Below are positions 1-8,779 of a stretch of 64,000 nucleotides of DNA, piece by piece. Origin of the DNA: an uncultured Actinomycetes bacterium (lineage in GTDB: Bacteria > Actinomycetota > Acidimicrobiia > IMCC26256 > JBBRZM01); the NCBI GenBank assembly GCA_963813635.1, contig CAWEZO010000011.1, forward strand, positions 15,941 through 79,940, given 5' to 3'. Each line of letters begins with the position of its first letter. Position 1 is the stretch's first letter. The notes beneath the pieces are model-generated. The model was not told the origin of the DNA. It saw only the letters and a list, made by a program, of their open reading frames with translations, and did no database searches. The position numbers and the translations under genes are program-made.

Positions 1-518
1 CAGATCGCGAGGGCACCGCCGAGGTCGAGCCCGAGCTCGGTGCGGACTCGTACGCGACCGAGATCGGCGGCCAGCGGACTGTCGCCGTCGGCAAGCGCGG
101 CGACCCCTTCGACCACGGTGCCACCCGCGCGGAGCTGCGCTGCGATGAGCTCGAGCGCACCGGGCAACGCGAGCTCGACGCGCCGTTCGCGACGCCCCCG
201 CGCGAGCCGGAGCGCCACGACGGCCGCGATCACCCCGCCGATGACCACGGGCGCGACGAGCACCGGCGCCATCGCCGCGGCCAGAAGCGCCGCGGCACCG
301 AGCACTCCTGCGCTCAGCTCGATCGCCTGTTCGGGCCCGAGCCGAACGTCGGCATCTGCGAGCGCGCACGCCAGACGGGCCCGAAGTGCCGCGGGCAGCT
401 TCCACTTTCCGCGAGGGGCGAGCGCACGCGCGCGCTCGCCGGCGGACGCTCGGCCCGCGGCGCGTAAGAGCATCACCGCGAGTGGCAAGCAGATGAGTGG
501 CACCGCGACGCTCAGCAT
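1..518 (-). CDS. tadB: Tad/Flp pilus inner-membrane protein TadB-like (type II secretion F domain); N-terminal part, gene runs off the window
   Basis: Own translation of the minus strand from ATG 518, which overlaps the cpaF stop (ATGCTGA). It gives MLSVAVPLICLPLAVMLL...ALPGALELIAAQLRAGGTVVEGVAALADGDSPLAADLGRVRVRTELGLDLGGAL, a GspF/TadB-like motif. Absent from the ORF track because it leaves the window. Confidence 0.7.
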   Translation of the reverse strand, partial: MLSVAVPLICLPLAVMLLRAAGRASAGERARALAPRGKWKLPAALRARLACALADADVRLGPEQAIELSAGVLGAAALLAAAMAPVLVAPVVIGGVIAAVVALRLARGRRERRVELALPGALELIAAQLRAGGTVVEGVAALADGDSPLAADLGRVRVRTELGLDLGGALAI

Positions 519-1730
519 GGCGCTGCGCCGCGGGACTTGTACGAGCAGTTGACGCGTCGCAGCGGCCGCCGCGGCGTGTCGACAGCGACGAGGGCGTCGC
601 CCGCAAGGCTGAAGAGCGGCCGCACGGTCGGCCGACCGCCCGTGGTGACCTCGCCGATCGTCACGACCCGCCGAGCACCGTCGGCCGCGCGAGCGACAGA
701 GATGACCACGTCGATCGCGGACGCGACTTGCGCCCGAACGGCCGCAAGCGGCAGACCGACGCCGGCCATCAGGGCAAGTGTCTCGATGCGTGACAGCGCG
801 TCGGCTGCGCTGTTGGCGTGCACCGTGCACAGCGAACCGTCGTGGCCCGTATTGAGCGCTTGCAACATGTCGAGCGCCTCGGCCCCACGTACCTCGCCCA
901 CGACGATCCGATCGGGACGCATGCGCAGCGCGGCACGCACGAGCGTGCGCACCGAGACTGCCCCGGCGCCCTCGGCGTTCGCAGGCCGCGCCTCGAGTCG
1001 CACGACGTGCGCTTGCGCGAGGCGCAGCTCGGCGGTCTCCTCGATCGTGACCACTCGCTCCTCGGTGGGGATCGCGCTCGACAACGAGTTGAGCAGCGTG
1101 GTCTTGCCTGCGCTCGTAGCCCCGGCAACGAGCAGGTTCGCGCCGCCGGTAACGGCCGAGCGCAAGAATGCGCCCGCATGCTCGTCGAGCCCGAAGCCCG
1201 CGAGTGGGATCGCGCGCGCGCCGAAGCGCCGAATGGTGACGCACGGCCCGTCGATCGCGAGCGGGGGGATCACCGAGTGCAGACGGGAACCATCGGCAAG
1301 ACGCGCGTCGACCATCGGCGAGGCGCGATCCAGGCGAAGCCCGAGCGGCGCGACGATGCGCTGGACGATGCGCACTATGGCGGCAGCATCGAGATCGATC
1401 GCGACCGGTTCGAGCCGGCCGCGCCGTTCGACGAAGCAGCGACCGGGTCCGTTGATCATCACCTCGGTGACGCCAGGATCGGCAAGCAGCGGCTCGAGCG
1501 GACCGAGGCCCCCGATCTCGTCGGTGAGCTCGCCGAGCAGGCGACCGAACGTGCCGGCATCGAGCAGCGGCGCCTCGTCGCGCAGCAGCTCGGTGAGCCG
1601 CGCGTTGAGCAGGACGATGCCGGGTGCCTTGGTGAGCGTCGCCGCCGCCGTCGAGCAGGCGCTGGTGCACGCGCTGCTTCAACTGCGTGTCGAGCAGCGC
1701 GCCCCCGTTTGGTGCGACCAGTGCAGTCAT
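512..1730 (-). CDS. cpaF: CpaF/TadA-type secretion ATPase of a Tad pilus locus; apparent +1 frameshift near 1636-1655
   Basis: ORF 512..1462 carries the ATPase core (Walker A GATSAGKTTLLN, RIVVGEVRG, HDGSLCTVHAN). ATG 1730 overlaps the upstream stop (ATGA) and reads MTALVAPNGGALLDTQLKQRVHQRLLDGGG. The conserved LTKAPGIVLLNARLTELLRDEAPLLD...GLGPLEPLLADPGVTEVMINGPG continues in the next frame. The core frame has no ATG/GTG/TTG between stop 1679-1681 and 1462. Confidence 0.85.
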
Positions 1731-2440
1731 GCCGCCCGCTTGCGTGAGCCGGGCAGCAAGCCGAACGCCATGAGCAGGTGGGAGGCCGGTCGGGCGAGAT
1801 GGTCGGGAAGTCGGCTCGGGAGCACGCCGGCGTCGACCGCTTGCGCGATACCCGCGTGCACCGGCACCCGGGCCACGACCGGCAGCGCGAGCACATCGGC
1901 GACCGCCTTCGCGTCGAGCGAGCGGCCGGGCTCCTCCAGCATCGCGATCCCGGCGGTGCGGGCGAGCCCCGGGGCATGCGCGGCGCGTCGCAATGTGAGG
2001 TAACAGCCACGGGTCACGAGGACGGCGGCGTCGGCGACTTCGAGGACGGCGCGCGCCGCGGGCACTTCCGCTCGTCCAAGATCGATCACGGTTGGCACCG
2101 GGTCGTCGCGAAGGATCACTGCGAGCGCGGCACCGGCCTCGGCGGCCGCCACCGGAGCGAGGGCGCCGCCACCGCGTCCATATGGGAGCAGCACGACACC
2201 TGGCGCGGCTTCGATCGCGAAGCGGGTGAGCGCTTCGGGCGGTGCGGTTGGGCCCGCGTCGAGCCAGTCGGCGAGGCCGGTGTCGGGGTCGTGCGCGAGC
2301 CCGAACAGCGCCGGCTGATCACCGTCGAGGTCGGCGAGCCGGGCACCCGCGGGGCCGCGGCGGGCAAGGACGAGTGAGCAGGCGGCAGCGAGCACGGAAG
2401 TACCCGAGCCACCTTTGGGAGACCAGAGAGCGAGAAGCAC
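1727..2440 (-). CDS. ParA/MinD-like P-loop ATPase, TadZ/CpaE/Ssd (septum-site determining) family
   Basis: ORF 1727..2527. Start moved to GTG 2440, 3 nt after GAAGGAGGGAAC. Deviant Walker A LWSPKGGSGTS. Sits directly upstream of cpaF and is translationally coupled to it. Confidence 0.75.
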   Translation of the reverse strand: MLLALWSPKGGSGTSVLAAACSLVLARRGPAGARLADLDGDQPALFGLAHDPDTGLADWLDAGPTAPPEALTRFAIEAAPGVVLLPYGRGGGALAPVAAAEAGAALAVILRDDPVPTVIDLGRAEVPAARAVLEVADAAVLVTRGCYLTLRRAAHAPGLARTAGIAMLEEPGRSLDAKAVADVLALPVVARVPVHAGIAQAVDAGVLPSRLPDHLARPASHLLMAFGLLPGSRKRAA

Positions 2441-2527
2441 GTTCCCTCCTTCGGGCGCGAGAGGTCGGAAGGAGGAAGTGCAGGAGGGAGTGCACGGCAA
2501 CCTACGTGTCGTGCGGGCATGTGTCAA
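2441..2527 (-). promoter_or_regulatory. sigmaA-type promoter (TTGACA-17 nt-TAGGTT) plus a structured C/U-rich leader whose second hairpin pairs with the ssd ribosome-binding site (6C-like)
   Basis: Minus strand: TTGACA at 2527-2522 and TAGGTT at 2504-2499. Hairpin GTGCA[CTCCCTCC]TGCAC at 2495-2478. CTTCCTCCTTCC (2478-2467) is complementary to GAAGGAGGGAA (2452-2442). Confidence 0.5.
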
Positions 2528-2623
2528 GGCGCACGCGTAGTCTCCAGGTGTGAACGCGTCACGAACGAGACGGCGCTCCAGCCGTGCGCAGCGCGCGTGG
2601 CGTGAGACGAAGGGCGTGCGGCG

Positions 2624-3464
2624 ATGAGCACCGCAGCGTTCTTCGATCTCGACAAGACGATCATCGCGAAGAGCTCGGTGCTCGCATTCGGCAAGCCGTT
2701 CTACCGCGAAGGACTGCTGTCACGACGCGTGATCGCCAAGAGCGTGTACGCGGCAAGTCGTCTACATGCTCGTCGGCGCCGATGAAGCGAAGATGGAGAA
2801 GTTGCGCGAGGCGATGCTCACCCTCACGAAGGGGTGGAACCGCAATCACATTGCGTCGATCGTGCGCGAGACCCTTGACGATGTCGTCTCACCGATCATC
2901 TACGCAGAGGCGCTCGAGTTGTTCGACGAGCATCATGCTGCGGGACACACGGTGATCATCGTCTCGTCGTCGCCGCTCGAGGTCGTGCAGCCGCTCGCCG
3001 ATTACCTCGGCGCCAACGACGTGATCGCGACCCGCGCCGAAGTTGACCATGACGGCAACTACACCGGCCACCTGGCGTTCTACGCGTACGGCGAGCACAA
3101 GGCCGACGCGATGCGCGAGCTCGCAGCGCGCGAAGGAATCGATCTGGACGAGTCGTATGCGTACAGCGATTCGATCACCGACGCGCCGATGCTCGAGCTC
3201 GTCGGTCACCCGATCGCGGTCAACCCCGACAAGGAGCTCGCGAAGCTGGTGAAAGAACGGGAGTGGGAGCAACGCACGTTCGCGCGTCCCGTGCGCCTCC
3301 GCGATCGTGTGCCCGTGCCTCCGGCCGGCCCCACCATCGCCGTGAGCGGCGCGCTCGCGGCTGCCGGCGCGGGCGTGGCGGTGTGGTGGTGGCTCCGCAA
3401 GCGCGAGAACGGCACACGGCCCCGTTCCTTGCGGCGCGCCTCACGGATGCTCAGCCGATCATGA
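2624..3464 (+). CDS. HAD-IB family hydrolase (SerB-like); apparent frameshift near 2750-2754
   Basis: ATG 2624 gives MSTAAFFDLDKTIIAKSS (HAD motif I) ...KSVYA. The sequence then continues in ORF 2766..3464 as QVVYMLVGADEAKMEKL... with YSDSITDAPMLE. One extra base explains the switch. A C-terminal hydrophobic helix is present. Confidence 0.8.
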
Positions 3465-3471
3465 GCGCGAC

Positions 3472-3496
3472 CGTGCCCGGCTCTCGGCCGGGCACG
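3472..3496 (+). terminator. GC hairpin directly after the HAD gene stop
   Basis: CGTGCCCGGC-tctcg-GCCGGGCACG, a 10-bp perfect stem starting 8 nt after stop 3462-3464. No T tract. Confidence 0.45.
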
Positions 3497-3552
3497 AGGA
3501 AGAGCTGTATGCGCCGAGGCGGGCCACGCGGACCACGCCAGCGGCGCTGCGA

Positions 3553-3627
3553 TCAGGCCTCGCGAACCTTCTTCGCGACCGCGATACCAAGACCGACGAG
3601 GATCAGCAGAATGAGCAACTTCTTCAT
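3553..3627 (-). CDS. Candidate 24-aa hydrophobic small protein
   Basis: Own translation gives MKKLLILLILVGLGIAVAKKVREA, with a GGGAG motif about 9 nt upstream of ATG 3627. Too short for the ORF track. No homology evidence available. Confidence 0.3.
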   Translation of the reverse strand: MKKLLILLILVGLGIAVAKKVREA

Positions 3628-3751
3628 GAGTGGAGTCTCCCTGGACGCTGTCGACGAGCTCAAGGCCGACTCTAGCCGGAACGACCGACGCAGGAAAGGT
3701 GTCCATCACCGGCACCATCGAGGTTTCGGGCGTCGTGCTAGACCGAGCGGC

Positions 3752-3842
3752 GGAGGTGAACGGGGTCTGGTGGCCCCCCTCGTCTTCAAAACGAGCGGGA
3801 CGGGCGATCCCCGTCCGGTGGGTTCGATTCCTGCCACCTCCG
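3752..3842 (+). tRNA. selC: tRNA-Sec (anticodon UCA)
   Basis: Hand fold. Acceptor GGAGGTG/CACCTCC (8 bp if C3751-G3842 is counted). 6-bp D stem GGGGTC/GGCCCC with a 4-nt loop. Anticodon stem CTCGT/ACGAG with loop CTTCAAA (TCA at 3786-3788). Long variable arm GGACGGG-CGATC-CCCGTCC. T arm GTGGG-TTCGATT-CCTGC. CCA is not encoded. selA and selB are present in the window. Confidence 0.85.
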
Positions 3843-3861
3843 CGAACGGAGGCAGGGTGCG

Positions 3862-4655
3862 TCAGCTCAGACCTTCGCGCGTCCTGCTTGAGCGCCGTGT
3901 CGATGCAGAGGCCTGCGGTCACGATCAGGCTGCGCAGCGGCTCCGCCACCGGGGCGGTGAACTCGATCGCATAGTTGTCGGCGGTCGTGAAGATCGCCTT
4001 GCCGAAGCCTTCGAACGTCTTAGTGATGAGCGCCACCTCGTTGCCGTCAACATCCTCGATATGGAAATCCCATGCCCGCCAGTTCTTGGCGTGGATCGTG
4101 GCCAGTTCGTTGCCGCCGGCCGCCAACGCGAACCGCTTCTTGCCCATGACGTTCTTCTGGTGGATCGTGCCGATCTCGGCACCGTCGCCGTCCGTAATGA
4201 CGAACTTCGACTTCATGATCTTGGCGGGGCGCGTGAGGCCGAGCACCGCCTTGCCGTTCACGTCGCGGATCTCGAGCCGGTGGGTGAGGTACTGGTCGAG
4301 CCGCGAGAACAGGCGTACCGCCTTCTTGAGCTGCGTCTGGCCGATCTCCATGACCGCGCCGATCTGGTTGCCGTTCTGGTCGAACACGTCGTACTCGTTG
4401 GTGAGCTCGATCAGCTTCGCCTTCTGATTGACGACGAGGATGGGCTCGGTGAACAGCGTGCCGCCACCGGCAGCGTGTGGCTGGTCGATTCCCGCCTGCC
4501 GCGACAGCTGGTCCTTGACCTTCTCCGCGTCGGTCGCACCGGCAGGCGCGCTGGAACTTGCTCTGCGGCGCGGTGGGCGCCTGGGGATCGGGTGGTGGTG
4601 ATGACGCCGCCGGCGCCGGCGGTGTGTTCGCGGGTGGAACGTCCTGCTCGGCCAT
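3862..4655 (-). CDS. Scramblase / LURP-one-related (tubby-like fold) family protein with Pro-rich N-terminus; two apparent frameshifts
   Basis: The core lies in the frame of ORF 3206..4681 (TEPILVVNQKAKLIELTNEYDVFDQNGNQIGAVMEIGQ, FVITDGDGAEIGTI, WDFHIEDVDGNEVALITK). The N-terminus MAEQDVPPANTPPAPAASSPPPDPQAPTAPQSKFQ starts at ATG 4655 in another frame (switch about 4538-4553). At the 3' end the core frame has no stop and reads through tRNA-Sec, while both other frames stop at 3862-3869. Confidence 0.6.
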
Positions 4656-4929
4656 GCTGCACTCCCGATCGCCGCGGTCACGCAGACGCTATCGCCGAAA
4701 CGAGGGCCTTCGATCCGTCGCTTGTCAACCCACCTTCGGCTGTTTGATCGTGCGCCAGGTATCGAAGATCGTCGAACAGAAGTGGAAGTCCGTCACCGGC
4801 AGCTCGCACCTGATCAAGCCACCGCGACGTCCGGCGCCGCCCACCACAGCGTTTGTGCAATCGGGGTACCTCTGGGGGCCACTTTTGAACAAACGGGGGT
4901 GGGCCGGGGCGTTCCCGGAAGCTGTGGCT

Positions 4930-5868
4930 CTAGACGGCCAGCAGGTCGCGGGCGCCCGTGTCGGCGGACGGGTGGCGCAGCTTCGACATCGCCCGGGCCT
5001 CGATCTGACGGATGCGCTCCCGGGTGAGGTTGAAGTATTCGCCCACCTCCTCGAGCGTGCGGGGCTCGCCGCGGTCGAGGCCGAAGCGCAACGCCAGGAT
5101 CTGGCGCTCGCGCTCGTCGAGCGGGGCCAGCAGCTTCTCGATCTCGGCGGGCAGCAACGCGGTGGCCGCGACCTCGAACGGCGACTCCGCGGAACGGTCC
5201 TCCACGATGTCGCCGAGCTCGGCGTCGCCGTCTTCACGCAACGGCTCCGACAGTGAGAGCGGCTCGGCCGCGAAGCGCAACGCTTCGGTGACCTTGTCTT
5301 CGGGCATCTCGACTTCTGCCGAGAGCTCGGCGAGCGTCGCCGGCCGGCCGAGCTTCAACTCCAGGCGCGAGCGGGCCTTTTGCAGACGGGCGAGCGTGTC
5401 ACCCGCGTGCACCGGCAGCCGAATGGTGCGCCCGGTGTTGGCGATGCCGCGCGTGATCGCTTGGCGGATCCACCAAGTCGCGTACGTCGAGAACTTGAAG
5501 CCCTTGCGCCAATCGAACTTCTCGACCGCGTGCATCAGGCCGAGGTTGCCCTCCTGGATGAGGTCGAGCAGCGGCAGCCCCGACGCCTGGTACTTCTTGG
5601 CGATCGATACGACGAGGCGAAGGTTGGACTGCACGAAGGTGCGCTGCGCCTCGTCGCCTTCGCGGGCGACTCGCCGGAGCTCCCGCTTTTTGGCCGGGGT
5701 GAGGGCCTTGCCCCCCTCGAGCAGACCTTCACGAGCGGTGTTGCCACCCTCGATCTGCTGCGCCAGGCGGACTTCGTCGTCCTTGGTGAGCAGTGGATAC
5801 TGCCCGATGTCAGTCAAATAGAGCCGGACGAGATCTTCCTCATCGCGCTCAACACGCTCTTTCGCCAC
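4930..5868 (-). CDS. RNA polymerase sigma-70 family factor, group 1/2 type (HrdB/SigB-like, short N-terminus)
   Basis: 312-aa ORF with regions 1.2-4.2: YLTDIGQYPLLTKDDEV, NLRLVVSIAKKY, LIQEGNLGLMHAVEKFDWRKGFKFSTYATWWIRQAI, RTIRLPVH, TLEEVGEYFNLTRERIRQIE. GTG start preceded by GGAAGGG. Confidence 0.9.
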   Translation of the reverse strand: MAKERVERDEEDLVRLYLTDIGQYPLLTKDDEVRLAQQIEGGNTAREGLLEGGKALTPAKKRELRRVAREGDEAQRTFVQSNLRLVVSIAKKYQASGLPLLDLIQEGNLGLMHAVEKFDWRKGFKFSTYATWWIRQAITRGIANTGRTIRLPVHAGDTLARLQKARSRLELKLGRPATLAELSAEVEMPEDKVTEALRFAAEPLSLSEPLREDGDAELGDIVEDRSAESPFEVAATALLPAEIEKLLAPLDERERQILALRFGLDRGEPRTLEEVGEYFNLTRERIRQIEARAMSKLRHPSADTGARDLLAV

Positions 5869-6076
5869 GCAAAGCCCTTCCGAAGTGCCGACCTGTCGTA
5901 CAACGCGACGGGCTGAGGTGAGTGTTCCGGCCTGCGTCGTTGCACGTCAGGATACCGGCCTCGTCAAGGTGAGCGGCAACGGACTTGGGTTTCTTTGCGA
6001 CCGGCGAATCGGGCGGCCCGGCCCCCTTCGGTCCGTTCCGGCGCCGGAGGGACCTCGGGCGGGACCTCGGTCGAAA

Positions 6077-6985
6077 TCACCGCCTCCGGGTCGGTAGGTC
6101 CGCTTCGAGCGGACGGCGGGGGGTGAGCTCGGAGATCCCGATGCCGGCGAGGATCACCGCCGCGCCGAAGAGCTGCAGTGCGTCCAGCCGGTCGCCGTGG
6201 AGGTAGCCGAACAGGCCGCCGAAGACCGGCTCGAACAAGAGGATGAGCGCGGTCCGGCTCGGGCTCAGCCGTCGTTGGGCGAAGAGCTGCAGGCTCAGCC
6301 CGACCGATGAGCACATGATCCCGGTGAACGCGGCCGCGAACAACGCGAGCGCAGTGAGCGTGCCGAACCCCGCGGCACCGGTCGCGGGCATCGCGATCAC
6401 GGTGACGACCGCGAGTTGCACGCCGGTCAGGGGAATCGCACCGAGGCGGTTGACGTACGCGCCCTGGTAGACGATCCACAGCGCGAAGACCAGCGCGCAG
6501 CCGAGCTCCAGCGCTTCACCCTTCCCGAGCTCGACGCTCGCGCCGGTCAACAAGTAGAGCCCGATCGTCGCGACGATGACGCCGAGTAGCACACCGCGCG
6601 GCGGAAGGCGCCGGCGCACGATCGCTTCGACGACCGGCGTGAAGGCGACGTAGAGGCCGGTGATGAACGCCGAGCTCGACGCCGAGGTGTACTGCAACCC
6701 GACGGTCTGCAACGCATAGCCACCGAAGAGCAGGATCCCGGCGAGCAAGCCAACGCGCGCGAGCAGACGTCGATCGACGTCATCACGGCGGGAAATTCGC
6801 ACTGCAAACGGCGCCAACGCAACCGCGGCAATCCCGAAGCGCAGTAGCAGATACGCCATCGGGGTGACGTCTTTCACCGCGTCTTGCACGAGCACGAATG
6901 TCGAGCCGAAGAACAACGCGGCAAGCACTAACGCGCCTTCGGGCGCGAAACGACGCTCGGCAAGCGAAAGAGGCACCGCTCTCAC
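6077..6985 (-). CDS. EamA/DMT-family transporter (10 predicted TM helices)
   Basis: 302-aa hydrophobic ORF with two EamA-like halves (LVLAALFFGSTFVLVQ..., ALVFALWIVYQGAY...). Confidence 0.75.
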   Translation of the reverse strand: MRAVPLSLAERRFAPEGALVLAALFFGSTFVLVQDAVKDVTPMAYLLLRFGIAAVALAPFAVRISRRDDVDRRLLARVGLLAGILLFGGYALQTVGLQYTSASSSAFITGLYVAFTPVVEAIVRRRLPPRGVLLGVIVATIGLYLLTGASVELGKGEALELGCALVFALWIVYQGAYVNRLGAIPLTGVQLAVVTVIAMPATGAAGFGTLTALALFAAAFTGIMCSSVGLSLQLFAQRRLSPSRTALILLFEPVFGGLFGYLHGDRLDALQLFGAAVILAGIGISELTPRRPLEADLPTRRR

Positions 6986-7001
6986 GGAGAACTGACGCGC
7001 G

Positions 7002-8729
7002 TCAGCCGGGCCAGCTGTTGGTGATCGGCAACCGACGGTCTTTGCCGAATGCCTTCGGCGAGACCCGGATACCGGGTGCCGACTGACGGCGCTTGTACTC
7101 GTTGTGGTCGACCATCGCTGCCACCCGGCGAACGGTGTCGGGGTCGTGGCCCTCGTCGATCAGCTCGGCCACCGAACGGTCGCCTTCGACGTACCCGGCG
7201 AGGATCGGATCGAGCGCGGCGTAATCGGGCAACGAGTCGCTGTCGCGCTGGTCGGGACGCAGCTCCGCGCTGGGCGGCTTCTCGAGCACCGACTCCGGGA
7301 TGATCTCGCGTCCTGCTCGTTCGTTGCGGTCACGCGCCAACGCATAGACGAGCATCTTGGGCACGTCCTTGATCACGGCGAACCCGCCGGCCATGTCGCC
7401 GTACAGCGTGGAGTAGCCGGTCGCGAGCTCGCTCTTGTTCCCGGTGGTGAGCACCATCCAACCGAACTTGTTCGACAGGCTCATGACAATCGTGCCCCGG
7501 ATTCGCGCCTGAAGATTCTCCTCCGCGATTCCCGACACCGTCGCGTCCTTGCCAGAGGCGGCGAACGGATCGGCGAGCATGTCGAGCAACGCCGCATGCC
7601 CCGCCTCGATCGGAATCGTCAGGGTGTGGATACCGAGATTCGCGGCCAGATGCTCGGAATCGTGGATGCTGCTCTCGCTCGAGAACCGCGACGGCATGAG
7701 GACGCCGGTCACATGGTCGGGGCCGAGCGCATCGGCCGCGATCGCGGCCACCAACGCCGAGTCGATGCCACCCGAGAGCCCCAGCAGCACGTCACTGAAG
7801 CCGTTCTTGTGGACGTAATCATGGGTGCCCAGCACGAGCGCCTCGTAGACCTCGCGTACCGGCGGGAGCAGCGGCTCGAGCCTGGGACGCGCCAGCCGCT
7901 CGCCGAGGTGCGCTTCGCTCACCTTCACTTCGGGAAGCGGTGCGACGCTGACCGCACGCGGCTCGCGCAGCCGGCGCCGCGATGCCGCCGGCACCTCGAG
8001 CTCGACGACGAGCAGGTCTTCGGCGAACTCGACCGCGCGGGCAAGCAGCCGGCCATCGCCGTCGAACACCATCGACGCGCCGTCGAAGACCAGCTCGTCC
8101 TGGCCTCCGATGAGATTGACGTAGAGGAGCGGGACGCCGGCGTCGGCAGCTCGCGTTGCCAGCATCCGCTCGCGTTCACGCACCCGGCCGGCGTAGTACG
8201 GGGATGCGTTGATGTTGACGACCAGCTCGGCGCCCGCGGCCGCCTGGGTGATGACCGGCCCGGTCGGGCTCCACGCGTCCTCGCAGATCGACAGCGCGAC
8301 ACGTGCACCGCCGATCACGAAGACAGGACCATCGACGGTCGATGGCACAAAGTACCGCTGCTCATCGAACACGGCGTAGTTGGGAAGGAGCTGCTTGCGG
8401 TACACCCCGAGCACGCGCCCGTCAGCGCACGCGGCCGCGGCATTGAAGAGCGGAGGTCCTGCCTCGGGGAAGCCGATCACCGCGACCGCTCGCCCCGTCC
8501 GCGCCGCGAGCTTCCCGAGCGTCTCGTTGCACTGCTCGACGAACGACGGCCGCAGCAACAGGTCCTCGGGCGGGTAGCCGCTGACGGCGAGCTCGGGAAA
8601 CGCCACCAGATCGCACTCGGCGTCTTCGGCACGCTGGTAGGTCGCGAGAATTCGCGTGGCATTGCCTTCGAGATCGCCGACAACAAGGTTCAGCTGCGCA
8701 GCTGCGACACGGAGCCGAGGCATGGTCAC
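7002..8729 (-). CDS. nadE: Glutamine-dependent NAD+ synthetase
   Basis: 575-aa ORF. N-terminal CN-hydrolase domain (RVAAAQLNLVVGDLEGN, ICEDAW) plus C-terminal NAD synthetase with the PP-loop LGLSGGIDSALVA. Confidence 0.9.
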   Translation of the reverse strand: MTMPRLRVAAAQLNLVVGDLEGNATRILATYQRAEDAECDLVAFPELAVSGYPPEDLLLRPSFVEQCNETLGKLAARTGRAVAVIGFPEAGPPLFNAAAACADGRVLGVYRKQLLPNYAVFDEQRYFVPSTVDGPVFVIGGARVALSICEDAWSPTGPVITQAAAGAELVVNINASPYYAGRVRERERMLATRAADAGVPLLYVNLIGGQDELVFDGASMVFDGDGRLLARAVEFAEDLLVVELEVPAASRRRLREPRAVSVAPLPEVKVSEAHLGERLARPRLEPLLPPVREVYEALVLGTHDYVHKNGFSDVLLGLSGGIDSALVAAIAADALGPDHVTGVLMPSRFSSESSIHDSEHLAANLGIHTLTIPIEAGHAALLDMLADPFAASGKDATVSGIAEENLQARIRGTIVMSLSNKFGWMVLTTGNKSELATGYSTLYGDMAGGFAVIKDVPKMLVYALARDRNERAGREIIPESVLEKPPSAELRPDQRDSDSLPDYAALDPILAGYVEGDRSVAELIDEGHDPDTVRRVAAMVDHNEYKRRQSAPGIRVSPKAFGKDRRLPITNSWPG

Positions 8730-8779
8730 AGCCTAAGTCTTCGGTCACGTCCGCTCGACGTGAAGTTCTCACAAATCGC

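Noticed and set aside
537-2003. Very long ORFs antisense to or out of frame with real genes (e.g. 537..2003+, 8726..9991-, 10123..11061-, 33552..35099-, 45049..46419+, 60067..61530-)
   Set aside because: Their translations are Arg/Ala/Pro/Gly-rich low-complexity strings with no motifs. Each lies opposite a gene with clear conserved domains. Stop-poor shadow frames are expected at this GC content.
3206-4681. 491-aa ORF as a single real protein
   Set aside because: Only the middle third is scramblase-like. The 5' part is an RRRRHHHH-type shadow of the Pro-rich true N-terminus in another frame. The 3' part runs antisense through tRNA-Sec and into the HAD gene.
6049-6070. Direct repeat GGGACCTCGG x2 (12-nt period) just downstream of the EamA gene
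   Set aside because: Too short, and only two copies in GC-rich DNA. It is compatible with chance or part of a weak terminator, and no functional hypothesis is supported.
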